Below are positions 63,184-64,000 of a stretch of DNA of 64,000 nucleotides, one piece after another. Each line of letters starts with the position of its first letter. Position 1 is the stretch's first letter. The notes below the pieces were generated by a model that did no database searches, had not been told where the DNA came from, and saw only the letters and a program-made list of their open reading frames with translations. Source of the DNA: Planctomycetota bacterium (GTDB lineage: Bacteria > Planctomycetota > UBA11346); contig JBBQSO010000007.1 in the NCBI GenBank assembly GCA_038213805.1, positions 9,127 through 73,126 on the forward strand, given 5' to 3'. A program made the position numbers and the translations under genes.

Positions 63184-63512
63184 GGGAACTCCGTGAATGG
63201 GGAGCATCGGTCGGCTGGTGGACAGGTGGCCGAGACCACCGCTTCGCGGTCCGCGTTCCCCCCGGATGGCATCCAGCGGGACGATCCAGGCGCAGGCGTA
63301 GCACCTTGGGAAAACCATGTCATTTCTGTGCAGGTCCTGGCCAGAATTCGCGGCTGGTGTTTTTCCAGGTCGGCCACTGCAGGCCAAGTCTCGTTTCCTT
63401 GATCGGCGTTCATCCTCGTGCTACACCGGTATAGTTGATCATCAGCGGCGGCGATCGGCGACCCACCACGCCTATCGCCGCCAAGCTCTGCCTGCACATT
63501 TCATGAGCGTAT

Positions 63513-63565
63513 CATACTCGGTGGAGAATCCCGATTTTCAGACAATCCATTAGACGATGGGCGCT
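63513..63565 (+). promoter_or_regulatory. Conserved upstream element (copy 2): ATCATACTCGG-N8-CCGATTTTCAGACAATCCATTAGACGATGGGCGCT, including the inverted repeat GATTTTCAG-N22-CTGAAAATC
   Basis: Same block order as 42694-42746. Ends 12 bp before the ATG of the partial glycoside hydrolase gene at 63577. Confidence 0.45.
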
Positions 63566-63576
63566 GAAAATCCCAC

Positions 63577-64000
63577 ATGCTCCAAATTCTCGAGGCCTTC
63601 GTGCGCCAGCTCGCGCCCGTCGCCCTCCTCGTCGTCGGACTGGCGCGGCTGTGCGCTGCCGTTGATCCATACCTGGTGACCTGGGACGCCCCCGGCATCG
63701 GCCATCGCGATTCCATGCCGATCGGCAACGGCGACCTGGGCATGAACCTGTGGACCGAGGCGAGCGGCGATGTCGTGCTGCTGATCGGCAAGACCGACGC
63801 ATGGAGCGAGAACGGCCAGCTGCTCAAGCTCGGACGGGTGCGCGTGGCCTTCACTCCCAGCCCCTTCCGCGCGGGCGCGTCATTTCGGCAGGTGCTGCGC
63901 ACCCGCGACGGCGTGATCGAAATCCACGGCGACGGGCAGGCCGTGCTGCAGGCGTGGGTCGACGCCGATGCCCCGGTCATCCACGTGCAGCTGGTCGACG
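63577..64000 (+). CDS. Glycoside hydrolase N-terminal domain protein (GH95/GH65-N-like beta-sandwich), 5' part only
   Basis: ATG at 63577 with an open frame to the window end. SMPIGNGDLGMNLWTE...LLIGKTDAWSENGQLLKLGRVRVAF resembles the N-terminal domain of GH95-type enzymes (PLGNG-LG). Confidence 0.5.
   Translation, partial: MLQILEAFVRQLAPVALLVVGLARLCAAVDPYLVTWDAPGIGHRDSMPIGNGDLGMNLWTEASGDVVLLIGKTDAWSENGQLLKLGRVRVAFTPSPFRAGASFRQVLRTRDGVIEIHGDGQAVLQAWVDADAPVIHVQLVD

Noticed and set aside
1-64000. Mobile elements, prophage, tRNA/rRNA, toxin-antitoxin or known anti-phage defence cassettes
   Set aside because: No integrase, transposase, recombinase, tRNA-like cloverleaf, rRNA signature, small paired toxin/antitoxin ORFs or defence-island hallmark domains (nuclease, helicase, reverse transcriptase, cyclase) were recognisable anywhere in the window.

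Overview
This is a high-GC (about 70%) chromosomal window, densely coding on both strands, and I found no rRNA, tRNA, CRISPR array, integrase or transposase. The gene content is characteristic of a soil PVC-superphylum, Acidobacteria or Myxococcota-like bacterium rather than a mobile element.

Main content, in order:
- A partial PSCyt/DUF1549 cytochrome-c domain protein at the window start.
- A LuxR-type response regulator paired with a discoidin-domain histidine kinase.
- A membrane-anchored esterase, an iron-permease-like protein, and two adjacent zinc-ribbon/coiled-coil/TPR proteins.
- An SDR oxidoreductase, then an ArsR regulator followed by a histidine kinase with a plant-ETR1-like ethylene-binding domain and a receiver protein.
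- A GntR–DUF1592(PSD)–DUF1552 operon, a beta-lactamase-family hydrolase and an SGNH hydrolase.
- A GntR/LacI-type regulator, a 1.5-kb non-coding island of hairpin-forming repeats, and a clan GH-A hydrolase with a (Gly-Thr)n linker and a PA14 domain.
- An operon of HAD phosphatase, an unknown protein, an RfaE-like sugar kinase and a GT-A glycosyltransferase.
- A Cys-rich small secreted protein upstream of a CusCBA/CzcCBA-type heavy-metal RND efflux operon.
- A LacI regulator and a 1514-aa GH31 enzyme; a LamG membrane protein.
- A long minus-strand cluster: beta-helix/PA14 protein, three prepilin-like proteins, a PVC-type PA14 dehydrogenase, AroE and an orphan sugar-binding protein.
- A partial glycoside hydrolase at the window end.

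The most notable signals are:
- A shared Cys-Gly/transmembrane/Arg-rich C-terminal tail on three large secreted enzymes.
- A conserved roughly 50-bp upstream motif in front of two glycoside hydrolase genes, with a weaker opposite-strand copy before the GH-A/PA14 gene.
- The bacterial ethylene-binding-domain kinase.
- A (GGAGTGC)n heptanucleotide microsatellite in a divergent promoter.
- A large GGTCCGGAAGTCC-based inverted repeat.
- A REP-like repeat island.

Coordinates come from the supplied ORF track plus residue offsets, so boundaries may be off by 1 nt where I chose internal start codons.
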